A stretch of DNA of 64,000 bases, taken from positions 28,520,001 through 28,584,000 of the forward strand of contig OZ024746.1 of assembly GCA_964016885.1 (NCBI GenBank), in the 5' to 3' direction. Position 1 is the stretch's first letter. Each line of letters starts with the position of its first letter. Below the pieces are notes generated by a model. It made no database searches, was not told where the DNA came from, and worked only from the letters and a program-made list of their open reading frames with translations. A program made the translations under genes and the position numbers. Below, one piece after another: positions 40,296 through 55,197 of this stretch. Source of the stretch: Eledone cirrhosa. Taxonomy: Eukaryota.

Positions 40296-43200
40296 CTATA
40301 GTCTGATGTAGAGTGAAGGCCCATTCACACGGGCCATTCTCGCCACTTTCACCCATCTTTCATAAAAACGGCTGGGGTGCAGCACCTCTCTCTCCATCCT
40401 GATCCTTCTTCCGAAATGATATCGGAAGAAACGGACCAGTTGTTGCCCAAAGAGAAAGGTGTCTGACCTCAGTCCTTTCAGACGCGTCCACCATACAACC
40501 TCTTTCGCCATGGCTATTACACACAGAAACACCGCCTCTCCTTCGTTTTTGAAGAGGGGAGGCGGCTTGATCGTTACAATAGACTCGGTGGTCAACCGGA
40601 TCGGTCCCACACTAGACAGCAGTTGTTCGACATAGCTCCACAGATCGGCAATGCCCGAGCAGTGTACCAATGCGTATGCAACGGTTTCCTCGTCGCCCAC
40701 GCATCTGGGACAGATCTTTTTCGAGGGGCCCCTACCCGGGCGCCCGTGTCTGTAGAGCCTTTCTCGAACGGGCAGAGCCCCTCGGTAGCTCTGCCAGGCC
40801 AGGGACCTCTGGAAGTTATCCATGGGTCCCGGGCTGAATGTCCTACCGAACAGGTTGGCCAGTTCGTCTTCCTCCATGCCTAGGGCTTCTCCGATGGCGT
40901 CGTCGCACCTGCTAACCACCAGCCCTCTATAGAATGAGGAGGTGGATTCACCACTGACAGCCGGGTCCGCCTGCCAGAGTGCCGTGAGCGCCTGGGCACA
41001 CTCGCTGTGCCAGGTGCCCAGTTTTCTCAGTCTTTGCTTGACCCATGATTGCAGCTCGGTGAGCGAGACGAGTCTTGGAAAGGCTCGCCTCACAAACGAC
41101 GGGGCCCACACCGGTTGCTCGGTGAGGAATACCTGGAGGTGCCGTAGCCTTAATGCGTGTTTACCTATCATTAGCGACGGCATCCCTTTGTTCTCGACTT
41201 TTCTCACTAGCGTGACTACACCGTTGGCATCCCTAGCTCTCCTTTCGAAGAGTGTTGACAGCAGATGGATCTCCTCACCATAGGAGCCCGCTTCTTCCAA
41301 AGGAATTGGAAGAGTGCGCGCTCCATTTTGGCGAGCGTTTCCCTTGGGCAAGGCACGTCGGTCATGCGGTAGTAGATGACGGACGCTATATAAGTGTTCG
41401 CCACCTCCGCCCGTCCTTTCAGGGACAGTTTGCACTTGGCCCATTTCAGGGTCAGTGCAAATACCCAGTTCTTCTCCACCTGGAGGTCTGGTCCGAACCA
41501 GACCCCGAGCAACTTCACCGGGCCCTCCGTCCAGCACCCGACGACGCCATCGGAGGGCATCGATCTGCCTCTCCACGTGCCGAGTTGCAGACCGATCGAC
41601 TTGTCCCGGTTCAGCTTAGCCCCTGTAAATCTTTCGTACTCCTCCAGTAAGGTGCCGATCGCCTCGATTTCCGAGGCCGTCGACACCATTACTGTTACGT
41701 CATCGGCGTAGGCCGACACCGCTTTCCGCAATCCCGATTCCAACGGGATGCCCTGCAACAACTCCAACTTCCGCAGCAGTGGCTCTAGAGTCATTACATA
41801 CAGAAGGGAGGAGAGAGGGCACCCTTGTCGGATGGACCGCGCGATTTCGAACGGCTCCGAGAGGTAGCCGTTCACCTTGACCCTAGAGCAGATGCGGCTG
41901 CTGTGCATGGCAGTGATCCAGCCCCTGAAAACGGGTCCGAAGTCTGCCGCCGCTAGCACCGCATCCAGGTAGCCATGGTAGACCCTATCGAACGCCTTAG
42001 ATTGATCCAAGTTGATCAGGGCCCTACCAAAGCCGGCTTGTTCCCAACCCTCTCTATGATGTATCGCATGAGGTGGAGGTTGTCGTGGATGGACCTGGAC
42101 GGGATAGCACATGTCTGCGCATCTCCCACCAGGTTTCTTTCCCACGACAAGCGCCAACCTCTTTGCTAGCACCTTGGCCAAAATCTGTAACTCTGTATTT
42201 AGCAGAGTTATGGGCCTGAAATTATTTATATCGTCCTCTTTGTTCTCGACTTTTCTCACTAGCGTGACTACACCGTTGGTCACAGCACAGGGAATTCTCC
42301 CGTTCTGTTGCCAGTTGCAGTAGACCGCCTCGAGGAGATCGGGGAACAAGTCCGGCATAGTTAGATATAGTTCGTATGGAAGATCATCGAGACCCGGGGA
42401 TATGCGTTTGCCGCATTAGCTCAGAACGTCCTCTATCTCAGCGGCTGAAATCGGCTCTTCGCAGGACTTCGCCTCCCTGTCCGTGAGACGCGGCAGGCCG
42501 TCGAGGTATGGACCGAAGTCCACTTCCCCAACCGGTTCCCCGCCCCTTCCGAACAATCTGGCAAAGTGCTTTTGAAAAGCCTCGCACATCTGCTTAGGTT
42601 CAAGGATCACCCGTCCATCCTGGTATCGCAAAGACCGGATAGTGGATCTACACCCTCTTTTGGCTTCTGTCACGCGGGCCCAGCTAACAGCTTTGGTCCC
42701 CTCGTTTCCCAGAGCACGTATTTTGCTTCGGACGATGCAGCCTTCGTGTTTCGCGTCGAAGAACTGGCGCAGAGCCGTTCTCGACGCTAGCACTCTGGCC
42801 ACGTCGCCGCTTCTAATTGTCTCTTCTACACTATCTACCAACTCCCTTTCCTTCCTATTTCTATTTAAGGCTAACTCCTTACTAAATTCTATAGAGACTA
42901 TTCTAATTTCTCTTTTGAGAGATCGCCACCACCTGCTGTTGACGATGGCACCCGTTAACCGCTCCTCAACTAAAGTATTAATCCGGTCCCTGTAAGCCTT
43001 ACTTGCCGGTAAGGACAAGTTGAGCTTCCAGTAACCGGGTCCCTGTCTATGCGTTCTGTCAAGGTTGACCATGCAGGTCACGAACTTGTGGTCTGAATAG
43101 CCAACCATGAGTATTTTTAGACAACTTAAAAAGTCCTTATCCTTATTTCTAACTAAGAACCTATCTAGGTACGACCTAGATGACCCGCTGCGGTTTGCCC

Positions 43201-43748
43201 AAGTCCAGGTTGGCGCAGTCGGAAAATCTAGTCGATATCTATCGGCCAGGTCAAATCGACCGATTAACCCTTTGAGGCTGTTACACCTCTCTCTATCGGG
43301 ACAGGCCCCTACGTAGTCCCAACGTGCATCTAGGATACTATTCCAGTCCCCCACTAATAGCAAGGAGCGGGACGTCCCTAGACAAGTCTCCAGACGATGG
43401 CAGAAGTCCGGCCGTGTTGACCCTAAAGGGCCGTAGACGGCTACCAGCCTAATTGCTCCGCCTTCTCCACTGCCAAGGTCCAGAAGCACTAGTCGACTCT
43501 CCGGGTCCAAATGTACCGTCTGTGTTGCGAGACCCAGATGTTATTGCAGCAGAACGACAACCCCACCCCCACATCCGGGCTGACAGAGAGATGCGTGCAT
43601 CTCAAAGGCATAAAAGGTGGCTGATCCGGGCCTCGTAAATAACCATCACATCTATACGTTGTGACCTGAGGTCATTTAGAAGCATTGCTTGCTTCCAAGT
43701 TGAGCCCAGGCCACGCGCATTTAGACAGCCTACTCTTAGCATAGCCAT
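40296..43748 (-). pseudogene. LINE ORF2 (APE endonuclease, reverse transcriptase, C-terminal Cys region), frameshifted
   Basis: MAMLRVGCLNARGL start, LVGDWNSIL, SYLDRF, YSDHK (APE); NFRPITLLN, DQSKAFDRV, RQGCPLS, YADDV (RT); CPRC...ETV...HC (zinc-binding). Split across ORFs 42416-43510, 41216-42358 and 40296-41576. Confidence 0.92.
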
Positions 43749-43899
43749 GTTGGTGGTGAAGAGAAAAGGCACTTATCTCTCTGCGTCCCGGGTATCGGGC
43801 TGCACAATTTCCATGAGGGTGGGGTATGGGTTGTTGGGTGGGGTGGTGGTTTGTGGAAGTGTAGGGGCATCAGTGTGTTGTGTGGTTGGGGTGTTTGGA

Positions 43900-45480
43900 G
43901 TTGTGTGGGTGTTTTGGGAGGGGGTGGCGATGTTTTTAGGAGGACGCGGTTAATGGGCCCAACACAGGGGGGGGGGGCACGTCCTCTTTAAAGTTGTTTT
44001 TTTAGTGTTTTATATGTGTCCCCTGGGGCCTTAATCATTTTGAGATGGGGGAAATCCCCTGCCTGGGTGAAGTTAGGCCCTTGGGTTTTTACTAAATTGT
44101 TGTTGTATACAATGTTTAGCAGTTTTTTATTTCTTGTGTTTATGTATGCTGTTGTTCTGTGCTCTTTTGTGTTGGTGTCTGTGTGATGTTTTGGGGAAGG
44201 ATTGTTTTCATGTGTGTGTCTGAGGTGTGTTTTCATTTTTTTCTTTTGATTGTGTGGAAGTCCTCCTCCTCGTCTGACGACGAAAGAGGGTCATCTTCCG
44301 CGTTGGAGGGGAGGGTAGATTTTGGGGTTGTGTTTGCGGTGCGGGTGTTTTGGAAATTATTATTTTTTTTTAGTGGGAGGATGGGTTGGACAGTGTTTTG
44401 TTTTGGTTTGAGCTGTGGTTGTTGTTTTGTAGTGGTGGTTGTGGTGATTGTGTTGGTTGTGCAGTTGTTGGTGATGTAGGCAGGATTGGGGTTTTCTTTT
44501 TAAGTTGAGGACAGACAGCCCTCAGGTGACCTCTGGCTCCACAGAGGTAAGGAGGGCCGCGTACCCTCAACGGTAATGTTGATAAAAGTTTGATCATCCA
44601 GTATGACGCGTTCAGGGATCTGGGCGATCCTTTCGGGCCTCATTTGAACTACAAGTTCGAGGCCCGTTCCACTGAACGCGTCACCCGATGCCTTTCCCAT
44701 GGATATTAGTGTGTCATCGTCTAGGTCCAGGAAACCTGTCAATACCCACCATATGTCCATAATCGGAAGGATGGTGTGAATTTTTATTTTTTGTGTCCTT
44801 CTACCCATGTACGTAGGGTAGAAGGTGTATGCGGTGGATGTGATTGGTTTTATTGACAGTTTCGCTGCTGTGTCCCTGTCCTTCGTGAGAAAGGATAGAC
44901 TCCCGTAGAGTATATCCTTCTGAATGAATATGATGTCTTTCATGACATCTTTTAAAACCAGCTCTATCTCACTCTGTGATGGTTGAGCTGGTTTTTTGCT
45001 TTTGTTTGAGTCTGTCCTAAACATGACAGTGTTTATGAGTTTCTGGCTTTTTAGTTCCGGGGGGGGGGGGGGGATAAAAAATGATACATTTTCCCCGTAC
45101 ACTACGTATTTTTTGGCATCTGCCAGTAGCTCCTTCGCTTTGCTTATATCTACTGGCAGATAGTCGAGGGTTTTCCTTGCCGTCTGGGCGAAGGGACCTT
45201 TTCCTTGTTTGTGTTGCTGTTGTAGTTGGTGGTGTTGTTGTTATCATTGTTGTTGGTGTTGTTGTTTTTGTTATCTTTATTGTTGCTGTTGTTGTCGTTG
45301 TTGTTGTTGTTGTTTTCGGTTTCTTGTGTCGTTGTGGCTACATCAAGTTGTCAGTCAGCAGGTGGAGAAAGTTCTACCTCTGGCTGACCTCTGCCTTTGG
45401 CCTCTGCTGCTGTGCCAGTGGAAGGGGGAAGCTGTGAGTTTAGCTTCCCTTTTCTTTCTTTGAATGTTGGTGAAGCTGCT
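43900..45480 (-). pseudogene. LINE ORF1 (gag-like, zinc knuckle), disrupted
   Basis: ORF 44500-45102 is followed in another frame by YLCGARGHLRAVC (degenerate CCHC). Low-complexity N- and C-terminal parts. Boundaries approximate. Confidence 0.7.
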
Positions 45481-45650
45481 TCCACACAATTTCGCCTAAA
45501 GGCGTAGAATAATTTGAGAGACTGACCAGATCAAAATTTGACCTGGCAGTCTCTCTACAAAATGGTACAAAAATGAAGGTTTACAGTCAAGAATTTTTAT
45601 AGAAATTTAAGCAGAACTTACTCAGCAAGATTCACTCGTGTGTCCATACC

Positions 45651-45736
<86 letters not shown>
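45651..45736. repeat. (GATA)n microsatellite
   Basis: Pure AGAT repeats. Confidence 0.95.
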
Positions 45737-45737
<1 letters not shown>

Positions 45738-47479
45738 GTGAATAAGAGAGAAAGACAATGCCATTGATATGGATAGTTCACATCTATGAATGAAAGTATT
45801 TTAGACCATTCTCCCTCCCCACTTTTTTAGTCTTACGCCAGTGTTTTGTGAATTCGAAATAACAATTTTATTTGTTTGACAGATGAACAAAAAATGCTGT
45901 ATAGTTATAATATAGATTAGTGATATTTCAGAGTGTTGCCAAAACCACTCTGTCCTATATTCAGCTTAACAATACACCGATTCTCTAGCCATCAGCTGTC
46001 CTTCTCATACCCACACCTCATTCACCTTGGCCTAAATTTACCATTTACTGCGATCACAACCTCATCAATTTTCTAACCCTATCATTTCAACTTATTCATT
46101 CGCCTTTTCTTAAATCCGGCGGCTATTAAATGAATACTATTTTTGTCCGAGAAACCTAATCCCAAATGTCAGTTATTTCTCCACCTCACGGCAACCAACT
46201 AAACCTATTGACACATATAAACTTCTCAAGCAGGCCTGTGTAACCTTCTACTTCTATCAATCAGAATAGAAATAAGGAGATATTTTAAATATATAATCAT
46301 GAAGGCTTTAGTTCAAATGTCACTATAATTTCATAGCTTTTACCTCTATTATCGATTTCTGACTGATTCGTTACCGACGAATTGGTATTTGAGTTCTCTG
46401 CATTCTGAGCTCAAATCCAACTGTGGGAAACTTTGACTTTCATCATTTTTGCAATTGATAAATAAAGTAATTGTCGAGCGACGGTGGATTAATGGAAATT
46501 TTGGAGAGTCAGATAGAACAATTTGTGGTATCAAACCCCATTTCCTTCTGTCAAGAGTTGCAACAGACAGATAGCAATGGAAAGATCAATAAAAATATAT
46601 TTTCCTTGATCCGATCTGATGATCAGCTCCTTTCTTCTTCCTAGAATTGTGACTGACAGATAATATCAGCATTGTAATGACCAAGGGAAACATTGTTTCC
46701 TTGGCCCGATCTCTCAATCAGCTCCTTTTCTGTTTCATTTTTTTTTTAAGTTAATTTTTTCATTCCGAAGCAAAAGCAAAGGTTAACTTGTTATCAAACC
46801 ATCATTATCTGATGTACGTTTGTAGGCAGTATTAGTCAAACTTAATAACTTCTTTTGTGTGACACGAAGTGAAATAAAACAAATTATCATTTAAATATTT
46901 TTATTTGAAGATGAATGAATAAAATAAAATAAAATACAATGTAAAAATATAAAAATCGATATTGGTTTGTAAACAATTTAAAAGCAATATTTATTTTGCT
47001 TTTTTTATTTGAACAAAGTTTCTAGAATTTTCTTCAGTCTCTCCTGGAGTTGTGAATTATTCAATTTTCTGATTCACTCAACTATGAATAGACTTCATTG
47101 ATTTTCGTTAACAAATCTTACAGCAACTATTCTACATCCGTTCTTTCTCCATCCCACCCTGCACCCCATCATTCCCTCTCCACATAGTTTCTATATGATG
47201 ATTGTTATTTATTTCGTCTTATTTATTTCTATTCACTCACGAACTAAATCATGAGATTTCATTCATTATCGCCATTATTGTAGTTGTTGCTGTTGTTGTT
47301 AATATTAGTCGTGTCGTTCTAAGTTATGATTGAACCGAAGTAATGAGCCAATTTCAATACATGGTTTAAACATGGCCACATATTGCGGTCATATTTAAAT
47401 CATGGAGTGAAATCATCTACTATCATCATCACCGCCGTCGCTGTTGTTGAAGCTCCTGTTGTTGCTGTTGTTGTTATTA

Positions 47480-48600
47480 TTATTATTTTATTTTCCTAAC
47501 ACAGCATTTAGTTGTTCCTCTGCCTGTATTTAAAATGTTAGATATCAAACTGCCACCTGCATCGTGAGGTATATGTAGCACTTTTCGTATACTTCTTGCT
47601 GTGCCAAGCAAATAAGCTTTGTGTCGAGTCAGAAAATACACCTCCATATTCAAAGTATTTTCCACAAACCATACAAGTTTTAGCCAGTGTCTGTAAGGCT
47701 CCTATTACAATTAGGATAACAAAATTGCAGCAAATCTGGGTCCCAAGTAATGATGTTTTCTGCAGGTGTTCCACCCTGGTGCTAATCAATGTTTTTTTTT
47801 GCATGTAATTTTCTATTTGTTAAAAGACTATGCCTAGGGAAGCAACAACAGTCATCATCATTTCTACATTCTTCTTTGAAAATAAGCGTCTTCTCTCCCA
47901 ACGTAGCTTTTCGTATCTTTCCTATTTCTTGCTTTCTATGCCTCAAACCTTGTCTCCAAGACGGGCTTCATCCAAGATCAGTAGGCATTGTTTTCTGTTT
48001 ATATGTATCAGCATGATATCTTGTGTTCTATGTTCTACTTCATGGTCACTTTGGAATATGAAATCCCACAAGATTTTGACGCAATCCTTCTCCACAATAC
48101 CTTCTGGTTTGTGTTCGTACCTTTTGCCTGAACCTTCCCCCTCAAGACCGTACTTTCCACCCAACCCACATTGAATCATCCTAGCCACATTGTCATGGTC
48201 CCATTTTATTTTTTCTGGACTAGTTTTATACATTGATGAGTGATGTGCTACACAGTCTTACTCCCAAGCCCACACATTCTATATTTGTTTTTTTTTGCTG
48301 TATGGTCAACAAATAAATAAATAAAAGATTCTACATATATTTACATTTACAATCCTTTCTTCTCCAGCTTCATCAAACTCCATTACTCTTACTTCGTCGA
48401 CTCATTATTACCTTCTTGCGCTTCAATATCTTTAAAATCATATTATATATTTCCAGCAGCAATTCTTCGTTTGATAACTTCAAGTTCTATTTCTGAAAAT
48501 CATCCATTTTTTCTGATCACCCTTACCTGGCCAAAAATGTTCCATTCCTTAGCATCAGACATTCCTTATTCTTTCCATTCATTGAATATTCTTTCTCGGT
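47480..48600 (-). mobile_element. R4/Dong-type non-LTR retrotransposon 3' fragment (restriction-like endonuclease), decayed
   Basis: HDNVARMI...KYGL...YEHKPEGIVEKDCVKILWDF...DI...CLLI, IVIGAL and LLGTARSIRKVL motifs. The 3' end abuts a (TTA)n run. Confidence 0.75.
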
Positions 48601-48984
48601 AGCCTCTATAGCTTCAGTAACAACAACACTCTAGGATGCTGGTATTAGCCTATTTACTCTATTTTGTTTTCCTCTTTTCACGGCTAGCAGTAGTTAAACA
48701 AAGACCGGGCCCACTATGCTACACAGTGGGACACCTGCTAGGGGAGACAACTCCACTATTGGTTCTGATTCCCGTTTCGCCGTTATTACTTCAACCACTG
48801 TTTGGTATTTTCACACAGATTTATTTAATTCTTTTAAGGTTGCACTACTACTAGTATTTTTATTTTGGACACCATCTCTAGGAAGGCTTCGGACTTAAGT
48901 TAAAGATCCCTTCATGATCTTGTGGCATGGCTAACTACACACCAGACGGTAACCCAGTATTTCTCGACTAAGAGGCGCCAGACA

Positions 48985-49510
48985 ACATTCTGAGTTCAAA
49001 TCCTGTCGACGTTAGTTTTGCCCTTCATCTTTACAGAGTCGATAATAAAAAGTACCAGTAACATATTGGAGCCGAGTTATTAGTCTTTCCTATTCCCTTC
49101 AAATTGCTGGCTTGTGCCAAAAGCAGAAATAATTAATAATAGTTTCTACATTTGGCACAAGGCCATCAATTTACCAGTACATTACTGGTACTTTATTTTA
49201 TCGACCCCGTAAGGATGAAAGGCAAAGTTAACCTCGGCGGGATTTGAACTCAGACCGTAAAGGGACGTAACTATGCTGGAAAGCATGGCGTTCGACCCTC
49301 TACCGATACTGCCAATCCACCGCCCGCAGAAATAATTAATAATTGTTTCTACTTTTGGCACAAGGCCAGCAATTACCCAGTACATTACTGGTACTTTATT
49401 TTATCGACGCCCGTAAGGATGAAAGGCAAAGTCAACCTCGGCGGGATTTGAACTCAGATCGTAAAGGGACGTAACTATGCTTGGAAGAATGGCATCCGCC
49501 CCTCTACCGA
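48985..49510. mobile_element. cluster of three family A SINEs (+,-,-)
   Basis: 48985-49140 (+); 49141-49325 (-) with 18-bp TSD GCAGAAATAATTAATAAT; 49344-49510 (-). Confidence 0.85.
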
Positions 49511-49778
49511 TTGTAGTTATACTGCTGCTCGTCTGTACTGTGCGTGATGTACCCACAAGTATTTAAATACTAAATGTTTGTTTGTTCATCTGTTCTTCGG
49601 GTCGTGTCCCAATTTCCGTACAGAATTGGTTTATATTGGACCCATTGCTGTTTTAGTGTTACCGGTGGAGCTTTTCTAATTTTACCTTCCAAACACCGAA
49701 CAGTAACTGATGAATGGGAAAGTTGTGTTTTGGCCTGCTTTCTACTTGGACACCGCCCAATACATACTCACGTACTCT

Positions 49779-49811
<33 letters not shown>

Positions 49812-49813
<2 letters not shown>

Positions 49814-50034
49814 AAGGCGGGTAAAAATCCTGAGATCCATGGACACTGACCAAGAAACTCACTCAGATGGTGGATGGGTGCTACACGAGAATGCTGAGGA
49901 TGGCTCTGAACATTAATCAGTATACACTGAGGATGAAAAACTCAGAGCTGTATGGGAACATCCCAAAAGTCAGCTCAAAAGTGTCACAGAGGAGACTGAG
50001 GTTAGCTGGACATGCTCACCGACATCCAGAGTTG
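49812..50034 (+). mobile_element. RTE-clade LINE C-terminal fragment
   Basis: DGCYTRMLRMALNI...NSELYGNIPKVSSKVSQRRLRLAGHAHRHPE. Confidence 0.75.
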
Positions 50035-50046
50035 ATATATATATAT

Positions 50047-50206
50047 ATAGGAACCAGTAAGACCCCGACAGCTGAGCTCAAGCCGTTTCGACGGCTTGAG
50101 CTCAGCTGTCGGGGTCTTACTGGTTCCTATTACCCACTCTACTACCCCAAGTATTGAGTACTTTGGTGCGTTATGGTCCACCTGGTTCCTTACCACATTT
50201 CCTTCG

Positions 50207-50208
<2 letters not shown>
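50047..50208 (+). mobile_element. family W element with perfect 40-bp hairpin (TTCG loop)
   Basis: 50047-50086 is the exact reverse complement of 50091-50130. The body matches 22805-22902. TA flanks. Confidence 0.85.
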
Positions 50209-50249
<41 letters not shown>

Positions 50250-50321
50250 GAGAAGAAAGAAGAATACTGCGTGGTTGCACATGGGTTACATATGATAAAA
50301 ATAGTCCTTCTTCAGATATAT

Positions 50322-50394
<73 letters not shown>

Positions 50395-50654
50395 CGTATA
50401 CATGTGCATGCATATATACACACATAGTTGCCTACATTCTTATACGTAAATACTTAATTTCCCCACACACATACACACACAAACGCACATACACACATAC
50501 ACGCACACATACACACACACAAACACACACGCGCGCGCGCATGTACATATACACAATATTTTAACAAGTCTTTCGTCTTATCTTTAAAAGTTTTCCAACG
50601 GTCTATTAACCGGAAACACTGAGGTAGTTGGCGTTCTCAAATCAGTCTGTTACA

Positions 50655-52400
<1,746 letters not shown>

Positions 52401-52621
52401 CATATATATATATATTTATATATATGTAGATAAATCTCCCAAGAGTTTACGGTAGTGTCCAATCCGTATGAAGAACTCAATGTATTCCGGATATCATGGA
52501 AAGAAGAGATGTAATGAAAAATCACTTTCGGTGAAAGATAAACGGTATACAGAGTCAAGATAAAATATTAAACAAATAATGAATAAACAATGAAACAGTT
52601 CCTTATATTAAACAAAAAAAG

Positions 52622-52775
52622 TTCATTATTTAACGATCGTTTCTAGGATATATATGTGTTAGAATTGGCATGCATATTCAACAGATCTATGTACAAAATT
52701 ATACAAAATTATACAAACTATCAAGATTAAATATACATACCAACACATATATACGCCGTCTTCAGAAATAATGAA
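52622..52775 (-). ncRNA. type-I hammerhead with 10-bp stem I and ~115-nt stem II
   Basis: Reverse complement: TTCATTATTT CTGAAGA [CGGCGTATATATGTGTTGGTATGTATATT...AATATGCATGCCAATTCTAACACATATATATCCTA] GAA ACGATCGT T AAATAATGAA. Confidence 0.75.
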
Positions 52776-53407
52776 ATATATTTATTGATAATAACAACAA
52801 TTCAAAATTTCAGGTCCGTTTGGGAACAAAATTGACCAATGAAAATACAAAAGGTTTAATGCAGTTCGGTGTGTGTATATACATGTAACTACCCTTACAC
52901 ATATTTTACAAAAATGTATGCTCAACCTGTATACGCATACCAAAAAGGATGGATGCAAATACAAAATTTCAAGGTTAATGTCTCTGTAAGTTTATAATGC
53001 ACAGATAAGATGCGTATAGACACATAAATATGAAATAAGTGTATACACATATTCTCATACTCACACATATCCGTACAATCACACACACACGCGCGTATAT
53101 GCATAAACATACACATAACTACGTACATACAAAACACACACACACCCCCACTCACATATATATATGTGGATATAAAATCCTAAGCACATGGATATTAATT
53201 CACTCACATAAACACTGGCACACACATTTAGATCAAGATACAGAAATTAGGTGGGAGGGGGGGGGGAGAGGTCAGTATTCAACGGTTTGGGCAGACTGCT
53301 TAATATAGATGTATCTATAAACTAAGAAAATAAAAAGTAATAAATAATAAATAAACATTAAAAAGGAAAGAAAAGAAAAAGAAAAAAGAAAAAAGAAATA
53401 TATCAAG

Positions 53408-53504
<97 letters not shown>

Positions 53505-53625
53505 ACACATACAAACACATACATACATATACACACATCCACACTTAGAACATACATACACACACATATATAAACATATACATATACACACATACATACA
53601 TATACACACATACATATAAATACAC

Positions 53626-53680
<55 letters not shown>

Positions 53681-53985
53681 TACACATATAATCACACATA
53701 CTATATAGACACACATATATATACACACACATACACGCACATATACATACACTTACATACTTATATACATACAGATATACACATACATACCTATATATAC
53801 ACACAAATACATACAGACATACATACATTCATACAGACAAATACTTACGCGTCCATATATCGGTATATACATACAAACACCACTACACTCTCACACAACT
53901 CAGACATACAAAGAAAAAGGTATATACCTATACACATATACATATACAAATAGAGAAACATATACACATATATATATATATATAT

Positions 53986-54030
<45 letters not shown>

Positions 54031-54230
54031 TACATACACATATACACACATACACATACATACACATACATACATGTACACACACATAGATATATATACA
54101 TACACACATACACACATACATATATAGTCATACACACACATACACCTACACGAACATACACATACACATATATAAAGATATATATTCACACACACACACA
54201 CATACACACACACACATATATATAAAATAA

Positions 54231-54275
<45 letters not shown>

Positions 54276-54602
54276 GATATACATACACACATACATAGAC
54301 ATATATGTACATACATACACATACATACATACATACACACACATACATACATATATATATACACACATAGACATATACATACATACACACACAACATACA
54401 TACACACATATATACTCATACATAGAATTAGATATATATTCATACATACATACGCACTTACATATACTCATATATACAAATACATACGCATCCATATATG
54501 CGTATATACATAGAAACACCACTACTCCCTCACCCAACTCAGACATACAAAGAAAAAGGCATATACATATACATATATACACGCATTAATAGAGATATAT
54601 AT

Positions 54603-54639
<37 letters not shown>

Positions 54640-54848
54640 CACTTATATATATATACCCACACACACATACAACCATAAAAACACATACAAACACCCACAT
54701 ATACATATATATACACATATATATATATACACACACATAAAAAACAGACATGCACATATATATTTTTTTACACATATATATACACATATATATACATATA
54801 CACACCCTCACATATACACACATACACATAAGTTATATTATAATGATA

Positions 54849-54895
<47 letters not shown>

Positions 54896-55144
54896 CGAAT
54901 ATAGACATATATACACACATAGATATATATATATATATACACATACATATACACACACACATACACACACTCACATATATATGTGTGTGTGCACACACAC
55001 ATATATACACATACACACATATACACATAAACACATATATGTGTATATATGCACACACACACATATATCCACATAGATACGAAGATAGACATATAAATAG
55101 AGAGACATACATATATATACACATACATATATACATACATACAT

Positions 55145-55197
<53 letters not shown>

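Larger units (their letters stand above)
40028..45650 (-). mobile_element. near-full-length L1/Tx1-clade non-LTR retrotransposon inserted in (GATA)n
   Basis: ORF1 plus APE-RT ORF2. The 3' end reads AATAAAAAGAAAGTT on the minus strand. (GATA)n lies immediately on both flanks. Confidence 0.92.
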
